From NCBI GenBank assembly GCA_002345475.1, contig DDWC01000034.1:1-35492 (forward strand): DNA of 35,492 bases, read 5' to 3'. Position numbers and translations under genes: made by a program. Source of the stretch: Firmicutes bacterium UBA2296. Lineage in GTDB: Bacteria; Bacillota; UBA994. Shown here piece after piece: positions 8,796 through 17,849 of this stretch. The notes beneath the pieces were generated by a model. That model was not told the DNA's origin. It saw only the letters and a list, made by a program, of their open reading frames with translations, and made no database searches. Position 1 is the stretch's first letter. Every line of letters starts with the position of its first letter.

Positions 8796-8990
8796 GCCGA
8801 ATGCTTAGTGCTGAGTGGTCGTCCGCTCCACTACGCGCCCAGCGCTAACCGCCCGTAACTACTGTGGGCACAGTGTCTCCCGTCTGTGGTGTCAGTGGAG
8901 GGTTTCCCCTCCCGTATCAGATCCGATCAGGTTCAATCAGCTCTTGTCAGGCTGTCGCAAGTCAAAGCAGACTCCACTTTTCACTTTCTG
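8796..8990. repeat. short-period tandem-repeat mosaic (7-nt units, then ATCAG decamers)
   Basis: GCCGAAT GCTTAGT GCTGAGT runs from 8796. ATCAG/GTCAG ends at 8920, 8930, 8940 and 8950. This is the spacer between the radical SAM stop and the M14 start. Confidence 0.8.
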
Positions 8991-9003
8991 CTGATTGCGG
9001 AAC

Positions 9004-9912
9004 TCAATGCGCTCGTGCTCGACGCAGCCCAAACCGGCTGGCTGCTTGATGCGCCGCCATGATTTCCTGAGACGAGGGTATTCTGCCAATAACTCCATCG
9101 GACTTGGCCTGCCGGCTAGGGCTGTACTGTGCCATGATGTTGACGTAGGTATCAGTGGACATACTCTCGGCAAGAAACTGCAGAATTGCTTCTGTATCCT
9201 TTGCGTGGTCGGGCATAATCAGGTGGCGGACCAGCAGGCCACGAGTCGCCAATCCCTGGCTGTCTATGACCAGGTCGCCCACCTGTCTGTGCATCACGGT
9301 CACGGCTTCACGGACTGCCGCAGGGTATAGTCTGGTCCCAAGATAGCGTTCCGATGATGATTCGCAAAAGAACTTGATATCCGGCATATAGATGTCGACC
9401 ACGCCATCGAGCAGAGCAAGCGCCTCTAGAGAATCGAAGCCTCCGGTGTTATACACCAGCGGGATTCTCAGTCCAAGGTCCACCGCCAGGCACAGGGCAG
9501 AAAGAATCTGCGGCACATAGTGGGTGGGTGACACAAGGTTGATGTTGTGACATCCACGGTGCTGCAGCCGAATGAACAGATCCGCCAAGCGATCGACCGA
9601 GACGACTTGTCCATGTCCAAGGTGGCTTATCTCATAATTTTGGCAAAAGATACAGTGCAGGTTGCAGAGTGAGAAGAAGACAGTTCCCGAACCACTGCTT
9701 CCGGTGAGTACGCGTTCCTCGCCGAAGTGGGGAGCGGCTCCCGATATACGGACTTCACTCCCGGCCCTGCAGACTCCTTTTTCTCCTGCTGTCCGGTCGA
9801 CACCGCAGTTGTGAGGGCAGAGGTTACACTGACGTAACATCGCTTTAGCTGTTTCGGCCCGCTTAATCAGCTCACCTTCCTCATGCAACCTGACGTAGTT
9901 AGCATTGAACAT
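9004..9912 (-). CDS. radical SAM protein, PflX-like (pyruvate formate-lyase activase-related)
   Basis: It has CNLHCIFCQN (CX3CX2C) plus an N-terminal CNLCPHNCGVDRTAGEKGVC cluster. The track start is 9972, but the ATG at 9912 follows GGAGGTG by 5 nt. Confidence 0.75.
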   Translation of the reverse strand: MFNANYVRLHEEGELIKRAETAKAMLRQCNLCPHNCGVDRTAGEKGVCRAGSEVRISGAAPHFGEERVLTGSSGSGTVFFSLCNLHCIFCQNYEISHLGHGQVVSVDRLADLFIRLQHRGCHNINLVSPTHYVPQILSALCLAVDLGLRIPLVYNTGGFDSLEALALLDGVVDIYMPDIKFFCESSSERYLGTRLYPAAVREAVTVMHRQVGDLVIDSQGLATRGLLVRHLIMPDHAKDTEAILQFLAESMSTDTYVNIMAQYSPSRQAKSDGVIGRIPSSQEIMAAHQAASRFGLRRARAH

Positions 9913-9963
9913 GCTAGCACCTCCGTTCTTACCCAAGTCTGTGTGAGGCGAAAGCCGGGGAGC

Positions 9964-10047
9964 GTTCAGCATTCGGCATTCAGCAAACAGCAGTCAGCAG
10001 AAAGCGGAAGGTAGAAAAGGGATAAGGCTTGGGCCCTAGGCCCTAGC
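9964..10047. repeat. heptanucleotide repeat mosaic, 12 units in one register
   Basis: GTTCAGC ATTCGGC ATTCAGC AAACAGC AGTCAGC AGAAAGC GGAAGGT AGAAAAG GGATAAG GCTTGGG CCCTAGG CCCTAGC. Confidence 0.85.
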
Positions 10048-10216
10048 CGGTTCGCCAAATGTCTGTTTGAGTCTTGTTACTCTACATAATCCGGTTTATC
10101 AAGGTTATACGCGTATTACTGTTTCCCCTGCACCAGGGGCCGCGAGTCAGGGCCTCGCCGCTACAACCTCAAAGGGACATGGAACGAGTGACGCGATAGA
10201 AGCCCAGGGCAGGTTC

Positions 10217-10286
10217 TTGCGCTGGCTGCTGGCTGCTGAGGGCTGATTGCTCCTGCTAAGCGCCAAGTGCTAATCGCCAAGCGCCG
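10217..10286. repeat. heptanucleotide repeat mosaic, 10 units in one register
   Basis: TTGCGCT GGCTGCT GGCTGCT GAGGGCT GATTGCT CCTGCTA AGCGCCA AGTGCTA ATCGCCA AGCGCCG. It ends 4 nt before the stop codon of the DUF2087 gene. Confidence 0.85.
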
Positions 10287-10290
10287 CCTC

Positions 10291-11040
10291 TCACACCTTC
10301 ACCCAGTACCTGCTGCCGTCCCTGGTGCGTTCGAGATAGCCGTAGTCGATGAGATAGCGCCGCAACATGACATAGTCGTCGTAGAAGGCGGCCAATTTTT
10401 CGTTGATCTCTGTCTCGCTGAAGTCGGTCTTGGCCGGTATCGATTCCGCAATATGCCGTAGCACCATAACTTTTCGTTTCTGTTTGCTGGGCATTGTGGC
10501 CAACTTACCGTCTTTGAAATAGGTGTCTATAGCCTTCTTATATTCTTCCTCGGTGATGGCAAATCTCTCGTCCACCATGGTCGCCCCCTTATGCACTGGT
10601 ATAAACTTTTCGTCAGTTGTCTCCTCGACACCCAGCAGACCCATAAGTGCCAGCAGCACCCGGGCCTGACGTTCCTTCTCGCGCAGTTTGAACCGGTGGG
10701 CTCTGACGGTAGAGGTGCTGCCTCCCCCCGTCGCGCGTACTATCTCCTGGTCGCTTAAGCCGCGATGCATCAGGCCAAGAATCTGTGATTGTAACTCGGT
10801 CAGGCCGCTGAGCTTGCGATCCAGGCCCAACAAGTACTTGAACATGCCGCCATGTTCGGCGCTGACGTGCTCTCTGGCCATGCGCGGGGCGTCTAGCAGT
10901 CTGTCAGCGTGCCGGTAAATGACGCCAAGCTCGAACTTGTGGCCACAGATAAGGCAGACATAGTCGTCGCCATCACGAGTGTATCCCTGGGCCAGCTGGT
11001 CGGCCGAAGCACTCCAGAAACGTTCGTCAGTTTGATTCAA
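10291..11040 (-). CDS. DUF2087 domain transcriptional regulator with a zinc-ribbon and a LuxR/sigma region-4-like HTH
   Basis: It carries CLICGHKF, then LTELQSQILGLMHRGLSDQEIV...STVRAHRFKLR, then a C-terminal DUF2087-like YVMLRRYLIDYGYLER. The start is uncertain: TTG at 11040 has GAGGAG 8 nt upstream, ATG at 11058 is an alternative, and the track start at 11076 falls upstream of the predicted transcription start. Confidence 0.65.
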   Translation of the reverse strand: MNQTDERFWSASADQLAQGYTRDGDDYVCLICGHKFELGVIYRHADRLLDAPRMAREHVSAEHGGMFKYLLGLDRKLSGLTELQSQILGLMHRGLSDQEIVRATGGGSTSTVRAHRFKLREKERQARVLLALMGLLGVEETTDEKFIPVHKGATMVDERFAITEEEYKKAIDTYFKDGKLATMPSKQKRKVMVLRHIAESIPAKTDFSETEINEKLAAFYDDYVMLRRYLIDYGYLERTRDGSRYWVKV

Positions 11041-11078
11041 AGCAAACACTCCTCGCATATGTTGAATATTACACAAAC

Positions 11079-11107
11079 ATAATACAGTTTCGTTTATAAT
11101 GTGTCAA
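11079..11107 (-). promoter_or_regulatory. sigma-A type promoter of the DUF2087 gene
   Basis: On the minus strand this reads TTGACA (11107-11102), a 17-nt spacer, then TATTAT (11084-11079). Confidence 0.55.
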
Positions 11108-11227
11108 CGACCCGCTAGCCGCCAGCCACGTGCCGTGTACGGTCCGTAGTTAATGTTTAGCGCACAAAGAGGATTTGCGGGCTTTCCGTTGAACAAAAAT
11201 AGGATAACTTCCTAAGGGGGCAGGACA

Positions 11228-12901
11228 ATGAGCACTGCAGATACAGGTAGCAACTTCATCCATACCCAGATAAACGAGGATCTGGCCAGCGGGCGATACG
11301 ACCGGGTACATACCCGCTTCCCCCCGGAGCCGAACGGCTACATGCATATCGGCCACGCTAAGGCTATATTGCTCAACTATTCCACCGCTCAGCTTTACGG
11401 GGGAAAGTTCAACCTGCGCTTTGATGATACTAACCCCGTCAAGGAAGAGACCGAGTTTGTGGAAGCGATTATTGACGATATCCATTGGCTGGGTGCGGAA
11501 TGGCAGGATCGGCTGTTTTTCACCTCCGGCTATTTCGAGCGGCTTTACGAACTGGCCGAGGGCCTGATTATTGACGGTAAGGCCTATGTTTGCGATCTGG
11601 ACAAGGACCAGACCAGGGAGTATCGGGGAACTTTGACCGAGCCTGGGAAGGACAGCCCGTATCGCAGTCGCTCGGTGGAAGAAAACCTTGATCTTTTCCG
11701 CCGAATGCGGGCTGGCGAGTTCTCCGAGGGCTCGCGGGTATTGCGTGCCAAGATTGACATGTCCTCGCCCAACATCAATATGCGCGACCCGGTTTTGTAC
11801 CGCATAATGCACGCCGAACACCATCGCAGCGGCGATGAATGGTGCATTTATCCCATGTACGACTATTCACATCCCTTATCTGATGCCTTTGAAGGTATCA
11901 CCCATTCACTGTGCAGCATAGAATACGACGACCACCGTCCCCTTTACGATTGGTTTCTGGAGAACACCGGGTTTACGGCGTCTGACAGGCCCAGGCAGAT
12001 TGAGTTTGCCCGGCTGAACCTGACTTATACAGTGATGAGCAAACGCAAGTTGCTTAAGCTCGTGCAGGACAGACACGTTGCGGGCTGGGATGATCCCCGC
12101 ATGCCCACAATTGCCGGGCTTCGCCGCAGAGGCTACACTGCCAGTTCCATACAGAATTTTGCCGAGCGCATCGGTGTGGCCCGGGCAGACAGCACAGTAG
12201 ACTTAGCCGTCCTGGAGCACTGCATAAGGGAAGAGCTAAACAGCAGCGCGTCACGTATCATGGCGGTGCTGAAGCCCCTTAAGGTAGTAATCACCAACTA
12301 TCCTGACGGTCAGACTGAAACCCTGCATGTAGAAAACAACCCTGAGAACCCAGATGCCGGAAGCCGCGAGGTGCCGTTCTGCCGTGAGGTCTATATCGAG
12401 GCGGACGACTTCATGGAAGACCCCCCGCGCAAGTTCTTCAGGCTGGTGCCGGGTGGAGAAGTGCGGCTAAAAGGCGCGTATATTATCCGCTGCGATGACG
12501 TCGTCAAGGATGCCGAAGGCAATGTGGTGGAACTGCGCTGCAGTTATGACCCGGAAACAAGAAGTGGCGGCGCCAACAGCGGCAAAAAGGTCAAAGGCAC
12601 GCTGCATTGGGTATCGGCGAAGCACGCAGTACAATCGGAAGTGCGCCTTTACGACAACCTGTTCACCGTGGAAAACCCAGGCGCCAGCGAGGACTTTGCT
12701 TCAATAATCAATCCGGATTCGCTCACAGTCCTTGGCAACGCCCTGGTGGAACAGAGCGTGGCGGACATGGCCGCGGGAACCCGCTTTCAGTTCATGCGAC
12801 AGGGATATTTCTTCCTGGAGTCTGTATCACAGGACGGCCGCCCCGTTTTCAACCGCATCGTAGGTCTAAAGGACACCTGGTCCAAAATGCAGAAGGCATA
12901 G
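11228..12901 (+). CDS. glnS: glutamine--tRNA ligase
   Basis: A 557-aa ORF. The class I signatures are [14 protein letters not shown] (HIGH) and VMSKRK (KMSKS), and the overall GlnRS pattern includes YPMYDYSHP. Confidence 0.92.
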   Translation: MSTADTGSNFIHTQINEDLASGRYDRVHTRFPPEPNGYMHIGHAKAILLNYSTAQLYGGKFNLRFDDTNPVKEETEFVEAIIDDIHWLGAEWQDRLFFTSGYFERLYELAEGLIIDGKAYVCDLDKDQTREYRGTLTEPGKDSPYRSRSVEENLDLFRRMRAGEFSEGSRVLRAKIDMSSPNINMRDPVLYRIMHAEHHRSGDEWCIYPMYDYSHPLSDAFEGITHSLCSIEYDDHRPLYDWFLENTGFTASDRPRQIEFARLNLTYTVMSKRKLLKLVQDRHVAGWDDPRMPTIAGLRRRGYTASSIQNFAERIGVARADSTVDLAVLEHCIREELNSSASRIMAVLKPLKVVITNYPDGQTETLHVENNPENPDAGSREVPFCREVYIEADDFMEDPPRKFFRLVPGGEVRLKGAYIIRCDDVVKDAEGNVVELRCSYDPETRSGGANSGKKVKGTLHWVSAKHAVQSEVRLYDNLFTVENPGASEDFASIINPDSLTVLGNALVEQSVADMAAGTRFQFMRQGYFFLESVSQDGRPVFNRIVGLKDTWSKMQKA

Positions 12902-12936
12902 CCGGAGAAGGTCCCACATAGCAATATCAAAGCAAG

Positions 12937-12970
12937 AAGGAAGAACCACCTGGCAAGGTGGTCCTTCCTT
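12937..12970 (+). terminator. rho-independent terminator of glnS (shared with the convergent DJ-1 gene)
   Basis: AAGGAAGAACCACC tggcaa GGTGGTCCTTCCTT pairs at 13 of 14 positions and is followed by TTT. Confidence 0.65.
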
Positions 12971-12971
12971 T

Positions 12972-13568
12972 TTACCTGGCTTTACCCAGTACCTCAATTA
13001 ATGTGCGGTTGAACTCTTCCATGCCGCTGCTTTGCGAGGTTATGACCAGGTCCGACACCGACACAGGACCGGGCACGTAGACGCCGCCACCCGCTTCTAT
13101 GGTGGACGAGGCGGTACCGGTCGCCTTGATCCCCTCCAGAACTCCCGCATGAGCCATAACTCCTGTTCCGGCGCAGATCCCGGCTATAAGTTTTCGTTGT
13201 CTGTGAAAATGTCTTATGAGTGACAGGGCTTCGGCTGATTTGACCAGTCGTTCTCCAGAAAACCCGCCCGGTATCACCAGAGCGTGAAAATCGCTGGGGT
13301 CTACATCACCGATGGCTACTTCTGCTTCTATGGTCTGGCGTGGCTCGTCCATAGCGGTAACCAGCCCTACTTGGGGCGCAACCACCACCACGGTGCCGCC
13401 ATGTTTTTCAACGGCTTCAATGGTGGCTTTCGCATAGACATGGAGATAACGCTCGTCTACCAGCAGAGCCACCCTTTTACCGTGCAGATTAACGGGCGCG
13501 GTGCATCCCGCGAGAGTGATGAGTAATAGTGTCAGGGCCAGAATAAACGATCTAGTTGTCGCTCGCAT
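12972..13568 (-). CDS. DJ-1/PfpI family protein with a lipoprotein signal peptide
   Basis: A 198-aa ORF. The N-terminus MRATTRSFILALTLLLITLAGC contains a lipobox (LAGC). The nucleophile elbow is AGICAGTGV. Confidence 0.75.
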   Translation of the reverse strand: MRATTRSFILALTLLLITLAGCTAPVNLHGKRVALLVDERYLHVYAKATIEAVEKHGGTVVVVAPQVGLVTAMDEPRQTIEAEVAIGDVDPSDFHALVIPGGFSGERLVKSAEALSLIRHFHRQRKLIAGICAGTGVMAHAGVLEGIKATGTASSTIEAGGGVYVPGPVSVSDLVITSQSSGMEEFNRTLIEVLGKAR

Positions 13569-13658
13569 TTGCTGAAATCACCCCCCAGGGTAACGTAGCA
13601 TAAACCGCAAAGATCGAACGAGGACTATCATTTGAGGAGTAGCACTAATCGTTCTGCT

Positions 13659-14687
13659 CTAGCGCAAGAGAGCCTTCTTCATGGGCTCGGGAATAGGCAG
13701 GTCGGCTTCCAGAGCCTTGGCAGCCCGCACAGGCCATTGTGCGTCGTGAAGGTATGCGCGTCCCACAGCCACAAGGTCGCAATCCTGATTGCGCAGGGCA
13801 TACTCGGCCAAAGAAGGCTCACCCAGCAACCCCACGGCAATGACCGGTATGGCCACACTTTGCTTTATGGCCCTGGCCAATGGCAGCTGGTAGCCCGGCC
13901 ACACTTCGGGCCTGACGGGAACGCTGCCGCCGCTGCTGACGTGTATTGCCGCCATGCCCATAGCCTCAAGTTCCAGACACAGAGCGATGATGTCTTCCAG
14001 TGTGTAGCCGTTAGCGTCGTATTCGCTGGCGGACACCCGGACAGTGAGAGCGCAATCTGGTCCGATGTGGGGTTGGCAGGCTGCCACAGTCTCCTTTAGA
14101 AAACGGTGCCTGTTCTCCCTGCTTCCTCCATACCGGTCGGTACGTCTGTTGGAAAGCGGGGAGATGAACTGATGTATGAGATAACCATGAGCCCCGTGGA
14201 GTTCCATCACTTTGTACCCTGCGGCGACGGCCCGGCGAGTAGCCTCCGCAAAGGCGTCAATGGCCTCAGCTATGTCCGAGATACTCATGGCTTCAGGCAC
14301 ACGGTGTTCAGGCGAAAAAGCGACGGCCGAGGGTGCCAGCAGGCGGTCTACACCAGCCCATGACTTGCGTCCGGCGTGTCCAAGCTGAACCGCGGGGACC
14401 GAGCCAAAGTAGGCTATGGTCTCCGCCAGGCGAGCCAGTGGCTCTACGTGAGCATCGTCCCACAGGCCAAGGTCGCAGCCAGAAATCCTGCCGTCGGCAG
14501 TTACTGCTGTTGCTTCCAGTATGGTAAGCGCCGCGCCAGCTAGGGCGCGCACCCCGTAATGAGCGGTGTGGTAAGGGTTGGCCAGTCCCATGTCACCGGC
14601 GCTGTACTGACACATAGGTGGTAGTACAATCCGGTTCCGCAGTGACACCGGGCCGATCTTTGACGGTGTGAAAAGAATGTTTTCCAT
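13659..14687 (-). CDS. NADH:flavin oxidoreductase, Old Yellow Enzyme YqjM/NamA type
   Basis: A 342-aa ORF. It has the LPPMCQYS motif of YqjM-type OYEs and the ELHGAHGYLIHQF active-site stretch. AAGGAGG lies 7 nt before the ATG. Confidence 0.85.
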   Translation of the reverse strand: MENILFTPSKIGPVSLRNRIVLPPMCQYSAGDMGLANPYHTAHYGVRALAGAALTILEATAVTADGRISGCDLGLWDDAHVEPLARLAETIAYFGSVPAVQLGHAGRKSWAGVDRLLAPSAVAFSPEHRVPEAMSISDIAEAIDAFAEATRRAVAAGYKVMELHGAHGYLIHQFISPLSNRRTDRYGGSRENRHRFLKETVAACQPHIGPDCALTVRVSASEYDANGYTLEDIIALCLELEAMGMAAIHVSSGGSVPVRPEVWPGYQLPLARAIKQSVAIPVIAVGLLGEPSLAEYALRNQDCDLVAVGRAYLHDAQWPVRAAKALEADLPIPEPMKKALLR

Positions 14688-14812
14688 AGTAGACCTCCTT
14701 ATTGGACATTGTACTGGTTTTCGTCATTTTGTGACGTTTTCCTCCCCACGAGGGAGCAGGATTACGTCTGCGAAGAGGGAATTCTATGGGTAAGGAAGGG
14801 AGTGTTTTGGTC

Positions 14813-15673
14813 ATGCTTGTTTCAATGAAAGACATGCTTAACAAAGCCAAAAGTGAGGGATATGCCGTCGGTGCCTTTAACCTTAACAACCTGGAGTTTA
14901 TCCAGGCTATTTTGCTGGCCGCCGAACAGGAGAAGTCTCCGCTCATTTGCGGTGTGTCCGAAGGTGCCGTCAAGTACATGGGTGGATATAGCGTGGTTGT
15001 CGCTATGGTGAAGTCCCTGATGAAGGAATACAGAGTCACAGTCCCTGTGGCATTGCATCTGGATCACGGTTCTTCCTTCGAGGCCTGCATGAAGGCAATT
15101 CACGCCGGCTTCACTTCGGTAATGATCGACGGTTCTCACCATCCATTGGCTGAGAACATTGCTCTGACGCGCCGCGTGGTAGATGTGGCACATGCGCTGG
15201 GTATCTCTGTAGAGGCTGAGCTTGGCCGCATCGCCGGTCAGGAGGACGACCTGTCGGTAACCGAGGCGGAACAGGCCTACGCCATACCCGAAGAGTGTGA
15301 AGAACTGGTAAAAGCTACCGGGGTTGACTGCCTGGCCCCTGCACTCGGCTCGGTACATGGCCCCTACAAGGGTAAGCCGAAGCTCGGTTTTGCGCGCATG
15401 GAGATTATCGGTCGGACCACCGGAATACCTTTGGTGTTACATGGCGGTACCGGCATACCACTTGAGGACATTCAGAGGGCGATTTCCCTTGGCACGGCCA
15501 AGATCAATGTCAACACCGAAAACCAGCTGGCCTCGGCCCGCAAGGTGCGGGAAGTGCTGGCTGCCAAGCCCGAAATGTACGACCCACGCAAGTATCTCGG
15601 CCCCGCCCGGGATGCCATCAAGGAAGCGGTAGTGGCCAAAATCCGCGAGTTCGGCTCAAACGGGAAGGCGTAG
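14813..15673 (+). CDS. fba: class II fructose-1,6-bisphosphate aldolase
   Basis: It carries [29 protein letters not shown] and VLHGGTG. I chose the ATG at 14813 over the track start at 14786 because of the conserved N-terminus and an upstream AGGAAGGGAG. Confidence 0.9.
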   Translation: MLVSMKDMLNKAKSEGYAVGAFNLNNLEFIQAILLAAEQEKSPLICGVSEGAVKYMGGYSVVVAMVKSLMKEYRVTVPVALHLDHGSSFEACMKAIHAGFTSVMIDGSHHPLAENIALTRRVVDVAHALGISVEAELGRIAGQEDDLSVTEAEQAYAIPEECEELVKATGVDCLAPALGSVHGPYKGKPKLGFARMEIIGRTTGIPLVLHGGTGIPLEDIQRAISLGTAKINVNTENQLASARKVREVLAAKPEMYDPRKYLGPARDAIKEAVVAKIREFGSNGKA

Positions 15674-15680
15674 AATAGCT

Positions 15681-15805
15681 ACCAGCCGCCAGCCGCCAGC
15701 CGCCAGGGGGAGACGTGGGGTTAGACGTTAGACGTTGGACGTGAGGCGCTAGTGAGTAGCACTCGGCATTTGGCGTTCTGCACTAAGCAGTCGGGAAGTA
15801 ACCGG
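15681..15805. repeat. heptanucleotide repeat mosaic
   Basis: CCAGCCG occurs three times (15682-15702). It is followed by TTAGACG TTAGACG TTGGACG TGAGGCG (15721-15748), then CTAGTGA GTAGCAC TCGGCAT TTGGCGT TCTGCAC TAAGCAG. Confidence 0.85.
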
Positions 15806-15842
15806 CTTTGCGCATGTTTATCGCGTTAGGAGGCAAGGAATG

Positions 15843-17538
15843 GTAGGGGCACAGCATGCTATACCGTCCATTTATCGCTGTTTTACAGGATGCTATAAGG
15901 CAAAAGTTCACCTCTGTTTCAGGATATGCTACTAGAGTGACATAAATTGAGTGGGAACCACCCTGTCATGGGCTACGGGTTCGTCTTGCTTGGCTCACTC
16001 TCTATCGAGAGCTAACCCGAACAGGCTATCCACTGCTTCCGGCAGAGGACAGTAATGCGCTTTATGTTAGTGACAATCGCAGAGAGCAAGGCTTGAAACT
16101 CACCGGCTACAAGACCTATTCCCTCTAACCGATCGAGGCCATGTCGGCACTTGAGCTCGGAGTTCTTGTGTTCAATTGCCATGCGGGTAAGCACATGGTT
16201 GCGATTTCTTGTTAGTAGCAACCTGGCTCTCGCTACGTCCTTGTGGTAACGATTGAACTCGACTGCTCGTGCTTTCGCCTTGGTGCATTCATCCTTCTTA
16301 GGGCACTGGCCACAATCTGCTGGATCGAACGTAAACTTAAGTCCTTCCTCACCGTCAAACTTCACCGGGTTGGTTGCTACGCGTCCCTCTGGGCAGATGA
16401 GCCTGTTGTCCTGCGTCAGAATGAACTTGTCCTTGTGAAAGGGTGAGTTGCGTTGTCCGTTGGATTTCTTAGGGATCAGGGCTTCTACTCCCTTTGAGTG
16501 GAGATCGCGATAGTTCTCGCCGTGGCCATAGGCCGAATCTGCAAACAGTTGCTCGGGGACTATACCTGTGGACTCTACGTGGCTCTCGAAGACTTCTTTG
16601 AGGTAGGATCCCTCATCATGATTGGCAGGAACAAAGCTCAAAGCCGTGATGATCTCGGAATCCGCGTCCATGGCAATGATGGCGTTATACCCTAGCTTCT
16701 GTTGTCTATTCCTGTAGGCTACTCTAGCCTCCGGATCAACTGGAGTCGCTATCTTGTCTGGCTTGCCCTGACCATCAAGCATCGTTTCCAGCACGTCTGC
16801 TGTTCTCCTTTGCCGCGGCGTAAGCTCCACATTCTTCAACTTCTCAATTACAGACCTGGCGAAGGCGATTCTCTCCTCCAAGTCTGTGCTTGCAGGCAAC
16901 TGCACACTTCCCCACAGCCCAGCCCGTTTCAGCAACCGTCGCGCAGTCATAACCACTACCGTGCCGTGAGCCTTAAGCTTGGTGTTGGCCAGAACTATGG
17001 TCCCATCAACCACCACTCTGGTGCCTTTGATCATTCCTTTGGCACGCGCCTGCACGACAACATCCCGGAAAATCTTGCGTAGCTTGATGTTACCCATGCG
17101 CAAACGAGCGAAGTTACTCAAGGTAGCTTTGCAGGGCAACTCATCTGATGTGTTAATGCCGATAAACCATCTAAATGCAGCGTCGGTATTGGCACGGTCA
17201 AGCACCTGCGAGAGGCTCAAGTTGTAAATCCGCTGGAGTAGTAGCAATTGAAACAGAACCGTGGGGTCGTAACCAGGGGCTCCCTTACCGTTCCATGAGT
17301 ATGAATCATATACCAGCGAGTCAACCATTGATAGGTCAACAGCAGCTTTGAACTGCCGCAACTTATGTTTAGCAGGAACCATTTGCTCGTACATGAAATG
17401 GCTAAAGACGTCCAGTTGGTCACTCTTGCGAAACATGCTACCACTCCCCCTTGAAACTAGCCCTATTATACCATTTGTGCCGTTTTTAAGGAGTAATGGT
17501 GGCTATTAATTAAACGGCACAGCATGCTGTGCCCCTAC
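15843..17538 (-). mobile_element. IS1182-family-like insertion sequence (outer bounds)
   Basis: A single DDE transposase ORF is flanked by perfect 18-bp inverted ends: GTAGGGGCACAGCATGCT (15843-15860) and AGCATGCTGTGCCCCTAC (17521-17538). Similarity continues imperfectly inward (ATACCGTCCATTTA versus GTGCCGTTTAATTA). An extended -10, TGGTATAAT (minus strand, 17473-17465), and AAGGGGGAG precede the ATG. An alternative reading gives the IS as 15861-17515 with a 13-bp duplication of GGCACAGCATGCT. Confidence 0.7.
16012..17436 (-). CDS. IS1182 family (IS5-like superfamily) DDE transposase
   Basis: A 474-aa ORF. The N-terminal DUF772-like motif is LFQLLLLQRIYNLSLSQVLDRANTDAAFRWFIGI, and the C-terminal motif is EHKNSELKCRHGLDRLEGIGL. 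The size fits IS1182 rather than IS5 proper. Confidence 0.8.
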   Translation of the reverse strand: MFRKSDQLDVFSHFMYEQMVPAKHKLRQFKAAVDLSMVDSLVYDSYSWNGKGAPGYDPTVLFQLLLLQRIYNLSLSQVLDRANTDAAFRWFIGINTSDELPCKATLSNFARLRMGNIKLRKIFRDVVVQARAKGMIKGTRVVVDGTIVLANTKLKAHGTVVVMTARRLLKRAGLWGSVQLPASTDLEERIAFARSVIEKLKNVELTPRQRRTADVLETMLDGQGKPDKIATPVDPEARVAYRNRQQKLGYNAIIAMDADSEIITALSFVPANHDEGSYLKEVFESHVESTGIVPEQLFADSAYGHGENYRDLHSKGVEALIPKKSNGQRNSPFHKDKFILTQDNRLICPEGRVATNPVKFDGEEGLKFTFDPADCGQCPKKDECTKAKARAVEFNRYHKDVARARLLLTRNRNHVLTRMAIEHKNSELKCRHGLDRLEGIGLVAGEFQALLSAIVTNIKRITVLCRKQWIACSG

Positions 17539-17849
17539 AAAACAAGGACATGTCACCGACATGCCCTATGCTGAATGCTCACTGCTGATTGCTCCCCACC
17601 GCGAGCCACGGTCTCGCCGCTACGTTCTAAGAAGAGCTGACAACGAACAACTGACAACGCTCCCGCGTTCCACCAATCGCCAAGCACCCGTGCCCCCAGT
17701 GGTCGCCGTGTCCCCGACTGTGGTAGCTGTGTCTGGTAATCCCATCCTCTATCAGCGCCCATCAGTCCTTATCAGGCTTATCAGGCTGTCGTAACCTCGC
17801 CTGGTGGCTGGCGCCTGGTAGCTGGTGGCTGGCGGCTGGCGGCTCTCCC
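17539..17849. repeat. short-period tandem-repeat mosaic (7-nt units plus ATCAG decamers)
   Basis: It contains GCTGAAT GCTCACT GCTGATT GCTCCCC (17570-17597) and ACAACGA ACAACTG ACAACGC. ATCAG occurs at 17751, 17761, 17771 and 17780. CTGGTGG CTGGCGC CTGGTAG CTGGTGG CTGGCGG CTGGCGG runs across 17801-17842. The block ends at the rex stop codon. Confidence 0.85.

Noticed and set aside
11108-11227. T-box or another leader upstream of glnS
   Set aside because: Only about 120 nt is available. I found no T-box consensus (AGGGTGGNACCGCG-like), no specifier-loop architecture and no terminator/antiterminator pair.
15833-17552. CAAGGAATG (left) / CAAGGACATG (right) as the target-site duplication of the IS
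   Set aside because: The two copies are not flush with the inverted ends (0 nt versus 4 nt away) and differ by an indel, so the match is probably chance.
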